Origin: a virus
Lineage: Duplodnaviria > Caudoviricetes
IMG/VR virus record: IMGVR_UViG_3300044692_000054
Coordinates: 1 to 25,759 of that record
Strand: one strand, 5' to 3'
Length of the DNA stretch: 25,759 nt
Shown: positions 1 to 7,060 of the stretch, piece after piece
Position numbering within the stretch: position 1 is the first letter of the stretch
How the letters are laid out: each line of letters starts with the position of its first letter
Notes under the pieces: generated by a model
Databases searched by the model: none
Told to the model about the DNA's origin: nothing
What the model saw: the letters and a program-made list of their open reading frames with translations, nothing else
Translations under genes and position numbers: made by a program

Positions 1-2
1 TC

Positions 3-188
3 CGCGAGCCGGGCGGCCGGACGACCCCCGAAGACCGCGAGCCCTGGACGGCTGAGACAGTCCCGCAGGAGCTTCTGGACCTGCTGGACGAGCGGGCCGG
101 TCGAGTGCACCGTCCCGGCGGTTCGGTGGCCGCCGCGCTGGCCGAGATCCTCAATCGTTACGACGCTCACGATAGTTTTCGATCATGA
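3..188 (+). CDS. 3' end of an upstream hypothetical protein (truncated by the window edge)
   Basis: Open frame from position 3 (...PQELLDLLDERAGRVHRPGGSVAAALAEILNRYDAHDSFRS*) ends in an ATGA overlap with the terminase start. Not in the ORF track because it has no start codon in the window. Confidence 0.6.
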   Translation, partial: REPGGRTTPEDREPWTAETVPQELLDLLDERAGRVHRPGGSVAAALAEILNRYDAHDSFRS

Positions 189-1687
189 GCCTGTCCGCCG
201 CCCAGAAGCTGGCCCTGCTGCCCGCCAACCTGCGCAAGGCATGGCTCAAGGAACAGTCCCGCGAGACGCTGGACGACATCCTCAAGGGCGCATGGTGGTG
301 GGTCGGCCGCCCCGAGCAGTTCAAGCCCCCCGGCGACTGGCTGGTCTGGCTGATCCTGTCCGGCCGAGGCTGGGGCAAGACCCGCACCGGCGCGGAGGAT
401 CTCCTCGACCGCGTCTTCAAGCACCCCGTCGACTCGATGGGGCAGCGCACCGAGTGGCTGGTCATCGCCGAGACCCTGAACGATTGCCGTACGGCATGCA
501 TCGAGGGCAATTCGGGGATCTTGTCCGTGTTGACCCGGATGGGATACGTCAGGCTACCAGCGGTAGCGCCCCTCAAGGGCGAGAAGGACTACCACTACCT
601 GAAGGCCCCTAAGCTGATGATCGAGTTCGCGACGGGGCAGGTCATCTACTTCGAGGGGGCCGACAACGCCGACGTGGGCCGTGGCTACAACGCCGCTGGA
701 CTGTGGGCCGACGAGCTGGCGAAGTGGCGCTACACGTATGACGCCTGGTATCAGGGCATCCTGCCGTCGCTGCGCGCCCCGCTCATCGGCGACCACCCGC
801 GCGCCGTCATCACCACCACCCCGAAGCCGATCAAGCTGCTGATCGAGTGGAAGCACAAGACCGACGGCACGGTGAAGATCACGACCGGCTCGATCTTCGA
901 CAACATCGCGAACCTGTCCCGCCACGTCGTCGAGGAGCTGAAGAAGCTCTACGAGGGCACCCGCGCCGGGTTGCAGGAGCTGTACGGCCACCTGATCGAG
1001 GAGGTCGAGGGCGCGCTGTGGCAGCGCCCCATGATCGAAAACAATCGGGTGAAGGCCACTGACCTGCCCGAACTTAAGCAGATCGTCGTCTCCATGGACC
1101 CCGGCGCGACCGGCTCCGCCGACGAGACCGGCCTCATCGTCGCCGCCCGGGGATACGACGGCGACGACTACGTGCTGGCCGACCTCACCAAGAAGATCGT
1201 CGGCCACGCCGCCGCCCGCCTCGCCTGGAAGGCCGTGCACGACTGGGGAGCCGACTGGCTGATCATCGAGACGAACATGGGCAAGAAGTGGCTCATGCAG
1301 GTCGTCACCGACGCCTACGTGGAGATGCAGAAGGAGCACGAGGTGGGCTGCCCCGGCCCCGACCCGGACGACCCGGAGAAGGGCTGCCAGGGCTGCTACT
1401 TCCCGCCCGGCCCGCCGCCGGTCAAGGAGGTCACCAGCCTCGCGGGCAAGAAGCTGCGCGCGGAGCCGGTCGCCTCCCGCTACGAGCAGAACCGCTGGCA
1501 CCACGTCGGCACGTTCATCGAGCTGGAAGACCAGATGTGCACGTGGGTGCCCGAGGACGCCGCCTCCCCCGACCGGATCGACGCCCTGGTCCAGGCTGGC
1601 CTGTTCCTGATGGGCCGGGAGAACAAGCTCGTGCGCATCGCAGCCCCGGCGAACATGCCGATGCCCCTCAGCTCTCCATACGGTTAG
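185..1687 (+). CDS. terL: Terminase large subunit
   Basis: Q-motif (RPEQ), Walker A SGRGWGKT, Walker B LWADE, coupling motif ITTT, RNase H-like nuclease acidic residues (SMDP, DETG, DRIDAL); 500 aa, upstream of the portal. Confidence 0.95.
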   Translation: MSLSAAQKLALLPANLRKAWLKEQSRETLDDILKGAWWWVGRPEQFKPPGDWLVWLILSGRGWGKTRTGAEDLLDRVFKHPVDSMGQRTEWLVIAETLNDCRTACIEGNSGILSVLTRMGYVRLPAVAPLKGEKDYHYLKAPKLMIEFATGQVIYFEGADNADVGRGYNAAGLWADELAKWRYTYDAWYQGILPSLRAPLIGDHPRAVITTTPKPIKLLIEWKHKTDGTVKITTGSIFDNIANLSRHVVEELKKLYEGTRAGLQELYGHLIEEVEGALWQRPMIENNRVKATDLPELKQIVVSMDPGATGSADETGLIVAARGYDGDDYVLADLTKKIVGHAAARLAWKAVHDWGADWLIIETNMGKKWLMQVVTDAYVEMQKEHEVGCPGPDPDDPEKGCQGCYFPPGPPPVKEVTSLAGKKLRAEPVASRYEQNRWHHVGTFIELEDQMCTWVPEDAASPDRIDALVQAGLFLMGRENKLVRIAAPANMPMPLSSPYG

Positions 1688-1770
1688 ACTGCGCCCGAGG
1701 AACGCCGCCGGGCTCACCGCCTCCGGTCGCGGTCTGTGGGATGAATCGCGGCAGTGCTGCGACACTAAAA

Positions 1771-1811
1771 ACGGCCGGACTACCCCCGAATCGCCCGGGG
1801 GCTCCGGCCGT
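1771..1811 (-). terminator. Intrinsic terminator between convergent genes
   Basis: ACGGCCGGA/TCCGGCCGT stem with inner CCCCCG/CGGGGG pairing; AAAA on the left gives a U-tract on the minus strand. Confidence 0.6.
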
Positions 1812-1819
1812 CCCTCGTT

Positions 1820-2089
1820 CTACGCCGCGCGCCGCGCTGGCCGACGCCGCGCACGCCGCAGCCGCGCCATCCGCTTGCGCCGCACCTCCGCCAGTTCGGT
1901 GATCAGTTCAGAGATGGCCGCCGAGTCCAGGATGTCGAAGGTGCGGATGGTCCGGACGCGCTCGGCGTACGGCAGCTCGGAGCGGCACAGGTCGGTGGCG
2001 TACGCGATCTGATCCCGCGTCGGCTTGATGTTGCGCCGCCACGAGTTGATCACCGGGGTCTCGATCGTGTCCTTCTCCAGCGCTTCCAT
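1820..2089 (-). CDS. Hypothetical protein with Arg-rich C-terminus
   Basis: GGAGG RBS before the ATG, TTGACA upstream (2156-2151), terminator downstream. Confidence 0.75.
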   Translation of the reverse strand: MEALEKDTIETPVINSWRRNIKPTRDQIAYATDLCRSELPYAERVRTIRTFDILDSAAISELITELAEVRRKRMARLRRARRRPARRAA

Positions 2090-2128
2090 CGCTGCTACCT
2101 CCGCTCCTTTCGGGGGCTTTCTTCCTTA

Positions 2129-2217
2129 AGAGTGACTGATCCCTGAGGGATGTCAAGCCGGAAACGACGGAAGATGTCGGCTGGGGGTTGACACAGGGAT
2201 CCGGAGTCGCATACCCT
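2129..2217. promoter_or_regulatory. Divergent housekeeping-sigma-type promoters
   Basis: Plus strand: TTGACA(2188)-N18-TACCCT(2212). Minus strand: TTGACA(2156)-N16-CACTCT. Palindrome ATCCCTGAGGGAT at 2139-2151. Confidence 0.65.
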
Positions 2218-2249
2218 GGAACCCGACAGACCACACCAGGGAGGCAGCA

Positions 2250-2447
2250 ATGCAGTGGACCGCGAAGCAGATCGGCCAGAGCGGCGGAGCGTACGCCGGT
2301 AAGACCGTCACCTTCACCGACGAGACCGGGGTACGCCAGAGCGGCACCCTCACCCGCTCCGACTGGCCCACCGGCAACACCACGATGGTCATCGTGGACG
2401 GCGCGATGTACTTCCTCCCCAACGAGACGCTGGTGGAGGTGGCCTGA
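2250..2447 (+). CDS. Small hypothetical protein
   Basis: GGGAGG RBS, high GC3, TGATG coupling to the next gene. Confidence 0.8.
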   Translation: MQWTAKQIGQSGGAYAGKTVTFTDETGVRQSGTLTRSDWPTGNTTMVIVDGAMYFLPNETLVEVA

Positions 2448-2803
2448 TGGACGCCGGAGTCGCCAACGCGATCAACCGCGAGGACGCCCGGATCATCGCC
2501 CTCGCCTTCGACAGCGTGGACCAGGACCGCGCCCCGCACCTCTACTCGTACCATCCGACGCCGTGGTACAACGGCCCGATGGCCGCGACCATCATGGGCG
2601 AGAACGTCGCCACCAACGGCGACCGAGCCTGGATGCTAGGGGCGATCTGCTCCGGCATCCCCGGCGTCCGCTTCGACGGAGCCCCGGCCGACTGCGACTG
2701 GGACAACTTCATCAGCCATCTTCGGGCCGAGATCCTGGCCCGCCGTGACACCGATTCCAGTTCCCTGCGTGCGGCGCAGATCCCCGTTGGGGGCATGGTG
2801 TAG
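2447..2803 (+). CDS. Hypothetical protein
   Basis: Coupled start, GGAGG upstream, high GC3. Confidence 0.75.
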   Translation: MDAGVANAINREDARIIALAFDSVDQDRAPHLYSYHPTPWYNGPMAATIMGENVATNGDRAWMLGAICSGIPGVRFDGAPADCDWDNFISHLRAEILARRDTDSSSLRAAQIPVGGMV

Positions 2804-2804
2804 G

Positions 2805-2981
2805 GTCACGATAGACGGAGGGGACCGGGGTGGGCCTAACGCCTCCAACGGTCTGTCAACCCGAGCAGCGCTTGCCCCCGTGACGCTGCTCGGGAGGTAG
2901 GGCCACCCGGTCCCCTCCCCGTAACAGCCCCCGGCCGCCGGATACTGAGGCCGCCGCACACCGCCGACGACGGCCGGGGGC
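2805..2981 (+). ncRNA. Candidate structured RNA (sRNA or leader)
   Basis: About 16-bp stem 2817-2833/2903-2918, inner 11-bp stem CCCGAGCAGCG/CGCTGCTCGGG, second 11-bp stem 2927-2937/2971-2981; intergenic. Confidence 0.5.
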
Positions 2982-3018
2982 GCACCGCCCGGATATCCAC
3001 ACCCTGAGGAGGAGCCCT

Positions 3019-3264
3019 GTGGGCAACACGCTGACGCTCTACAAGATGGGCGCTACCGGTCGCGCCAACCTCGCGGGCCTGGTCTCGCCCGGCGTCGAGT
3101 TCTACACCGGCGAGCGCGACGACAAGACCGGCGTCGTCACCCTCACCCCGGTCAAGATCAACGCCCCGGGCGGCAGCAAGGCCGAGGCCAGCACCATCGA
3201 CCCCGACCCGAACCACCCCGACGACGAGGACGAGGCCGACGACGAGGCCCTGGTCCTCGCCTGA
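3019..3264 (+). CDS. Small protein with acidic tail, possibly an AbrB/MraZ-like swapped-hairpin DNA-binding fold
   Basis: GAGGAGGAG RBS, GTG start; GRANL...EFY...DD.TGVVTLTPV pattern (fold assignment weak). Confidence 0.7.
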   Translation: MGNTLTLYKMGATGRANLAGLVSPGVEFYTGERDDKTGVVTLTPVKINAPGGSKAEASTIDPDPNHPDDEDEADDEALVLA

Positions 3265-3293
3265 CGCACCACCCGGAGGCCCCGCCTCCACCC

Positions 3294-3444
3294 GGGGAGA
3301 TAGCTCAGCAGGCAGAGCAGCACCCACCGTGGACCGGGAGGACAGTGTTCGAGCACGCCCGCCCACGGCCCCGCCGTAAGACGCGCGTGATTCGTGCGGG
3401 GAAGCAAGGGAGCAGGGATGGTGGTTCGAGACCGCCTCTCCCCT
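3294..3444 (+). ncRNA. tRNA-like RNA with an 82-nt structured insert replacing the anticodon loop
   Basis: Perfect acceptor stem GGGGAGA/TCTCCCC, D arm TA-GCTC-AGCAGGCA-GAGC, T arm GGTGG-TTCGAGA-CCGCC, stem GCACCC/GGGAGC enclosing two hairpins. Confidence 0.75.
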
Positions 3445-3556
3445 CGCAGAGGACCATCAGGTGTCACCGACAAGCGACCGGCACAGTGCCCGGCTAACGG
3501 ACTCGGCGACTGCTCAGCCTGATGTCAACCGATGCTGCCGCCCTGAGCAAGCGGCA

Positions 3557-3629
3557 GGCCCTGTAGCTCAGCGGATAGAGCACCCGCTTCTCGGCGGGAG
3601 GTCGGCGGTTCAAGTCCGTCCAGCGGCCA
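3557..3629 (+). tRNA. Atypical tRNA (Arg-like body, 6-nt anticodon loop TTCTCG, bulged acceptor stem)
   Basis: GGCCCTG-TA-GCTC-AGCGGATA-GAGC-A-CCCGC-TTCTCG-GCGGG-AGGTC-GGCGG-TTCAAGT-CCGTC-CAGCGGCC-A; no encoded CCA. Confidence 0.75.
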
Positions 3630-3846
3630 CGGCAGGGAGAACGGGATCTGGTGACCGAGCTGTCCGGGGGTTGATCGTCCCGGCCCAAGCGAAAAGCCAG
3701 GCGTCCGGCGAAACGGAGTCCTTACGTCCGTGACGGCTCGGAGAGACGAGTTGGTAACAGGAACGGCCAGGAGAGACCCACCGCCCGAGGCATCGGGACA
3801 CATCGGTGAGGCACCGCATGGGTGCAGACCTCGCCTGGACAAGTAC
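3630..3846 (+). ncRNA. Candidate multi-branched structured RNA between tRNA-like genes
   Basis: Hairpins TCCG-GCGAAA-CGGA, GGCTCG-GAGAGA-CGAGTT, CCCGA-GGCA-TCGGG, GCACC-GCATG-GGTGC, closing stems CACCG/CGGTG and CCAGG/CCTGG; no credible ORF. Confidence 0.5.
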
Positions 3847-3916
3847 CGCCGCGAAGCCCTGGAGGTGGGGCGCTCCCTAACCCGGAGAAGACGGGGTTCA
3901 ACTCCCCGCGCGGCAC
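3847..3916 (+). tRNA. Atypical tRNA-like gene (nominal anticodon AAC)
   Basis: C-GCCGCG-AA-GCCC-TGGAGGTG-GGGC-G-CTCC-CTAACCC-GGAG-AAGA-CGGGG-TTCAACT-CCCCG-CGCGGC-A; A at position 8, 4-bp anticodon stem, C37, C1:A72 mismatch. Confidence 0.6.
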
Positions 3917-4011
3917 GGATGCGGGCAGCAGGTAGGCGAACGTGGCTCACGATCCTGCTCCGCCGCTGTCTCCCCCCGGTGTCTACCTGACGAGGACTGG
4001 ACGGGGAGGCG

Positions 4012-4074
4012 GGTCGCCGATAGGCCCGTACGAGAGCCCCCGGGGCCACGGCGTGGCTCTGCCTATCGGCGACC
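4012..4074 (+). repeat. Perfect 14-bp inverted repeat just upstream of an RBS
   Basis: GGTCGCCGATAGGC (4012-4025) / GCCTATCGGCGACC (4061-4074). Confidence 0.8.
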
Positions 4075-4105
4075 TACCAGCGCTCACCAGGAGGAGGAAA
4101 ACCTG

Positions 4106-4315
4106 ATGGCCAAGAACGACCCGAAGAACGTCAAGAAGCTCGCCAAGGACGCCGCCGCCCGCAGCGCCAAGGCCAAGGCCGAGAAGGCGAAGAAGCAACC
4201 CACCGTCGGCGGCAGAATCCGACGGCTCGGCAGCGACTCCCCACCCCCGAAAGGCAAGCCCAACGCCGTCCTCAAGCTCATCACCGACGCACTCAAGAGG
4301 CAGGGGAAGATCTGA
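4106..4315 (+). CDS. Small Lys/Ala-rich basic protein
   Basis: AGGAGGAGG RBS; TGATG coupling to the next gene. Confidence 0.8.
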   Translation: MAKNDPKNVKKLAKDAAARSAKAKAEKAKKQPTVGGRIRRLGSDSPPPKGKPNAVLKLITDALKRQGKI

Positions 4316-4563
4316 TGGGCAACCCGAAGCCCCCGAACCCGCAGGGCGTCCCCAAGCAGTGGGGCAAGAAGCCCGTCAACCCGCAGAAGGTCAAGCCGAA
4401 CCACGGCCGCAAGCCGGTCAACCCCGGCCGGATCGACGGACGCAACCCCGACGCCTGCTGCCCGATGGTCGCCGCCGTCCAGTCCGTGAAGCGCGGGAAG
4501 TTCCGTCTCGCCCGCCGCTACGCCGCCTGGAGCCTGCGCCTGATCACCGCCCGCATGGTCTGA
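4315..4563 (+). CDS. Small basic protein, CCPM-x-AA...KFRLARRYA family (paralogue 1)
   Basis: Coupled start; C-terminal ~35 aa closely matches the proteins at 22329-22744. Confidence 0.85.
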   Translation: MGNPKPPNPQGVPKQWGKKPVNPQKVKPNHGRKPVNPGRIDGRNPDACCPMVAAVQSVKRGKFRLARRYAAWSLRLITARMV

Positions 4564-4676
4564 TGAAGCAGCCGCTCTACACGATCTACTGGTCGCCAGC
4601 CCCCACGTGCAGGATGCGCGGGAGCTGGCGCTGGCATTTCCACCGCAGGCCGCGAGGCCGCTACAGCCGCCCGTAG
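4563..4676 (+). CDS. Possible 37-aa peptide (MKQPLYTIYW...)
   Basis: TGATG coupling; fills the gap to the next gene. Confidence 0.45.
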   Translation: MKQPLYTIYWSPAPTCRMRGSWRWHFHRRPRGRYSRP

Positions 4677-4685
4677 GGGGAACCG

Positions 4686-5255
4686 ATGATTGATCCCGCC
4701 GCCGCCACCCCGGCCGACCGTGAGGCCGCCGGACCGGAGATCGACAAGATGCGCGCCCGCCTGCGCGAAGCCGTCGCCTCGTGCACCGACCTGGCCATGG
4801 ACCAGGCTGTGCTGATCCTGGAGAACCACCGGCTGCGCCGCCAGCTCGCCGAGGCGGAGAGCCGCCCCGTTGTCGAGGCCGGGAAGCGCCGGGAGGCGAC
4901 CGGGCTGCTGGAGTACGCGCTGCACCTGCGCATGCACGGCGAGAACGCCCCTGGCGGCTCGGAGACGTGGCAGGAGTTCGACCGTAGGGCCGAGGAGTTC
5001 CTGCGCACCCACGGGGCTGCTGCGGCCCTCAACGCCACCACCGCGAAGGCGTGGGCCGACCTGGCGTACGAGATGTGGGCGCTGATCTGCAACAGCTCCC
5101 ACGACGGGCACGGCGGGGCCGCCGCAACAGCCGCGTGGCGGGCGCAGAAGGACAAGCTGCGGGAGCAGTTCCACGCCGCGCTCACTTCCCTGCCGGACAG
5201 CTCCAGCGTCGCCGACCAGCTCACCCGCAAGATCGAAAACGAGGCGAAGTCGTGA
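4686..5255 (+). CDS. Hypothetical helical protein
   Basis: High GC3; GTGA overlap with the next gene. Confidence 0.8.
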   Translation: MIDPAAATPADREAAGPEIDKMRARLREAVASCTDLAMDQAVLILENHRLRRQLAEAESRPVVEAGKRREATGLLEYALHLRMHGENAPGGSETWQEFDRRAEEFLRTHGAAAALNATTAKAWADLAYEMWALICNSSHDGHGGAAATAAWRAQKDKLREQFHAALTSLPDSSSVADQLTRKIENEAKS

Positions 5256-5452
5256 CTGACCAGCCCCGATACGTGAAGATCGCGCCCAAGACCCTGGTCG
5301 TCGTCGGCTCCCTCGCCGGTACCCTCCAGCCCCACCCGTTCATCCCTGACCGGCACACCGGCTCCTCGTGCATGGCCTGCTTCGCCGCCTGCGACGCCGT
5401 CCAGCACCCGTACGCCCGCCCGGCTCGCCGCCGCTACGCCAAGGTGGCCTGA
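5252..5452 (+). CDS. Small His/Cys protein (H..CxxC...H), possibly metal-binding
   Basis: GTG start at 5252 with GAGG upstream; HPF...CMACFAAC...QH; coupled on both sides. Confidence 0.7.
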   Translation: MTDQPRYVKIAPKTLVVVGSLAGTLQPHPFIPDRHTGSSCMACFAACDAVQHPYARPARRRYAKVA

Positions 5453-5868
5453 TGATCCCCGTGCCCGACGCGACCCGGCTGGGCCGCTCCCTGGCCGACG
5501 TGCGGCAGATGCTCGGCATGAGCCGCCGCGAGGCCGCCCGCCGCATCGCCGAGATGACCGGCCGCTCGGAGACGTCCGTCAACGCGCAGCTCTATTCGTG
5601 GGAGTGCGAGCCGGGCACCAGGTACCACCGGCAGCCCGATCTCGCCTCCCTCGTGCCGTACATGGTTGTGCTGGGCATCAGGCTGGGCATCGACTTCGAG
5701 GAGGACGAGGATGAAGAAGCTCAGCGGGAAGATCAGCGACCGGATCCGGTCGGGGGAAGTCCCGGCCGACGCGCTGTCGTCGAAGCGGCTGCCGGTGGAT
5801 CAGACGCCGAAGCCGTGGGCTGTGCGCGCGGCGCGGGGCCGGATGCTCGGCCGGGGTCACAAGCGTGA
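5452..5868 (+). CDS. XRE-type helix-turn-helix protein
   Basis: LGRSLADVRQMLGMSRREAARRI...LYSWE...RQPDLASL pattern; ATG at 5452; the tail overlaps the next gene. Confidence 0.75.
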   Translation: MIPVPDATRLGRSLADVRQMLGMSRREAARRIAEMTGRSETSVNAQLYSWECEPGTRYHRQPDLASLVPYMVVLGIRLGIDFEEDEDEEAQREDQRPDPVGGSPGRRAVVEAAAGGSDAEAVGCARGAGPDARPGSQA

Positions 5869-5899
5869 CGGGACGGACGGCACGGGCGTCCGCGAGTAG
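5711..5899 (+). CDS. Small basic hypothetical protein
   Basis: GAGGACGAGG RBS, ATG at 5711, high GC3 in this frame. Confidence 0.6.
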   Translation: MKKLSGKISDRIRSGEVPADALSSKRLPVDQTPKPWAVRAARGRMLGRGHKRDGTDGTGVRE

Positions 5900-5905
5900 T
5901 CGCAC

Positions 5906-6110
5906 GACAAGTTACTGACGGGTACGAGTGCCAGGATTCCCGGGGAAACACCCGCGAGAATCCGGCAAAGCACCACGAAAGCTTCTCCCAGCGCCCTGGG
6001 CGTACGCCCCTGGGGGATATGACTGGCCCCTACGGTCGAACCGCAGCACCAACGCGGGAGTGAGGAAGACCCGGCGGAGATCACGGGCTTGAAGCCGGGC
6101 CGCAAGTAAC
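5906..6110 (+). ncRNA. Candidate ~200-nt structured RNA upstream of a tRNA-like gene
   Basis: Closing GTTAC/GTAAC; stems GGATTC/GAATCC, CGGG-GAAACA-CCCG, TCCCAG/CTGGGG, CCCGGC/GCCGGG. Confidence 0.5.
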
Positions 6111-6130
6111 CCTCCCCGTAGGGGATCCAT

Positions 6131-6201
6131 GGTGGGGTAGCTCAGAGGCAGAGAGACGCCTTGGATGGCGTAGGTCGCGGGTTCGACTCCCGCCCCCACC
6201 A
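6131..6201 (+). tRNA. Atypical tRNA (6-nt anticodon loop TTGGAT; isotype ambiguous)
   Basis: GGTGGGG-TA-GCTC-AGAGGCA-GAGA-G-ACGCC-TTGGAT-GGCGT-AGGTC-GCGGG-TTCGACT-CCCGC-CCCCACC-A. Confidence 0.8.
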
Positions 6202-6202
6202 C

Positions 6203-6246
6203 TTGCGCGAGCTGTCAGGCATGTGTATGCTGATGGCAGACAGTCC
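6203..6246 (+). promoter_or_regulatory. Promoter of the shared accessory family
   Basis: TTGCGC-N17-TATGCT-N7-GACAGTCC; imperfect palindrome TTGCG-N6-GTCAG. Confidence 0.6.
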
Positions 6247-6262
6247 ACTGGAGGAGGAAAAG

Positions 6263-7009
6263 ATGACGGACTACGAGGACAAGGACGCGTACACCGAGGC
6301 CCTTCAGGCTCAGGACCTGCGCGACAAGCTCACCGACTACGCCACCCGCGCCACCGAGCACGGCGTCGACCGCGACTGGGCCAACGCCTGGCTCCGCCGC
6401 CTCGGTGCCACCCAGATCACCGGCACCGCCGAGTACCGGATGAACGTGCCGATCACCGGCTCGTACGGCTGGCGCTGCAAGGCCAGCTCCCGGGCCGAGG
6501 CCGCCAAGCGGTTCCTGGAGCAGGTCCAGCGTGTCGCCTCGCAGGGCAAGATCGTCGCCGACGGCAGCTACGACAACGTCTACGACGTGAAGTTCGACGA
6601 GCCCGTCACCCCCGCCGACATCGTCTTCTACGCCGGTCCCGAGGACCCGGCCGAGTCCGACGAGCCGGTGCCCGGCCTGGACGCCCTCAAGGTCGAGATC
6701 CGCAAGATGCTCATGGAGGGCGTCTCGCAGAAGAACTGGGGCTACTGGTACGCCCAGAAGGCCCTGCGCGACATGGGCCTCGACGAGCTGCCCGCCCGGG
6801 TCAACCACACCGTCAGCGTCCCCGTGGCGGGCGTCGCCCGGGTCACCGTGCAGGTGTTCGAGGGCGACGAGACGGCCGAGATCCAGAAGGCCGCCGCTGC
6901 GATGGTCGCCGGGATGGGCGGCCACGTGACCGTGCAGGCCGAGGAGGTCGGCGACGCGGTCCTGGACGAGGACGCCGAGGACGAGGCGGAGAACGACGAC
7001 CCCTTCTAG
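6263..7009 (+). CDS. Hypothetical protein with two tandem diverged repeats and an acidic tail
   Basis: GGAGGAGG RBS supports ATG 6263 rather than 6161, which lies inside the tRNA. Confidence 0.85.
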   Translation: MTDYEDKDAYTEALQAQDLRDKLTDYATRATEHGVDRDWANAWLRRLGATQITGTAEYRMNVPITGSYGWRCKASSRAEAAKRFLEQVQRVASQGKIVADGSYDNVYDVKFDEPVTPADIVFYAGPEDPAESDEPVPGLDALKVEIRKMLMEGVSQKNWGYWYAQKALRDMGLDELPARVNHTVSVPVAGVARVTVQVFEGDETAEIQKAAAAMVAGMGGHVTVQAEEVGDAVLDEDAEDEAENDDPF

Positions 7010-7060
7010 ATCCACCCCGCACTACCCGAAGAGCCGGGCTGACCACCTACGATGGTGGCC

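Noticed and set aside
2829-2908. Twister-ribozyme resemblance (CCTAAC...CGGTC...CCCG...GAGG)
   Set aside because: The P2 and T2 pairings and the conserved AAGC loop cannot be formed.
3294-3444. tmRNA or intron-containing tRNA
   Set aside because: No G3:U70 pair, a full D stem is present, no tag ORF is evident, and the insert is far too short for a self-splicing intron.
3877-3883. Amber suppressor (CTA) that could read the MuF TAG
   Set aside because: CTA occupies loop positions 32-34, not the anticodon; no alternative stem centres it.
3987-4020. Hammerhead-like CTGACGAG core
   Set aside because: No GAAA follows a stem II.
6060-6092. RNase P P4-like GAGGAAGACCCG/CGGGCTT
   Set aside because: Only a local hairpin; the other conserved regions are absent or out of order.
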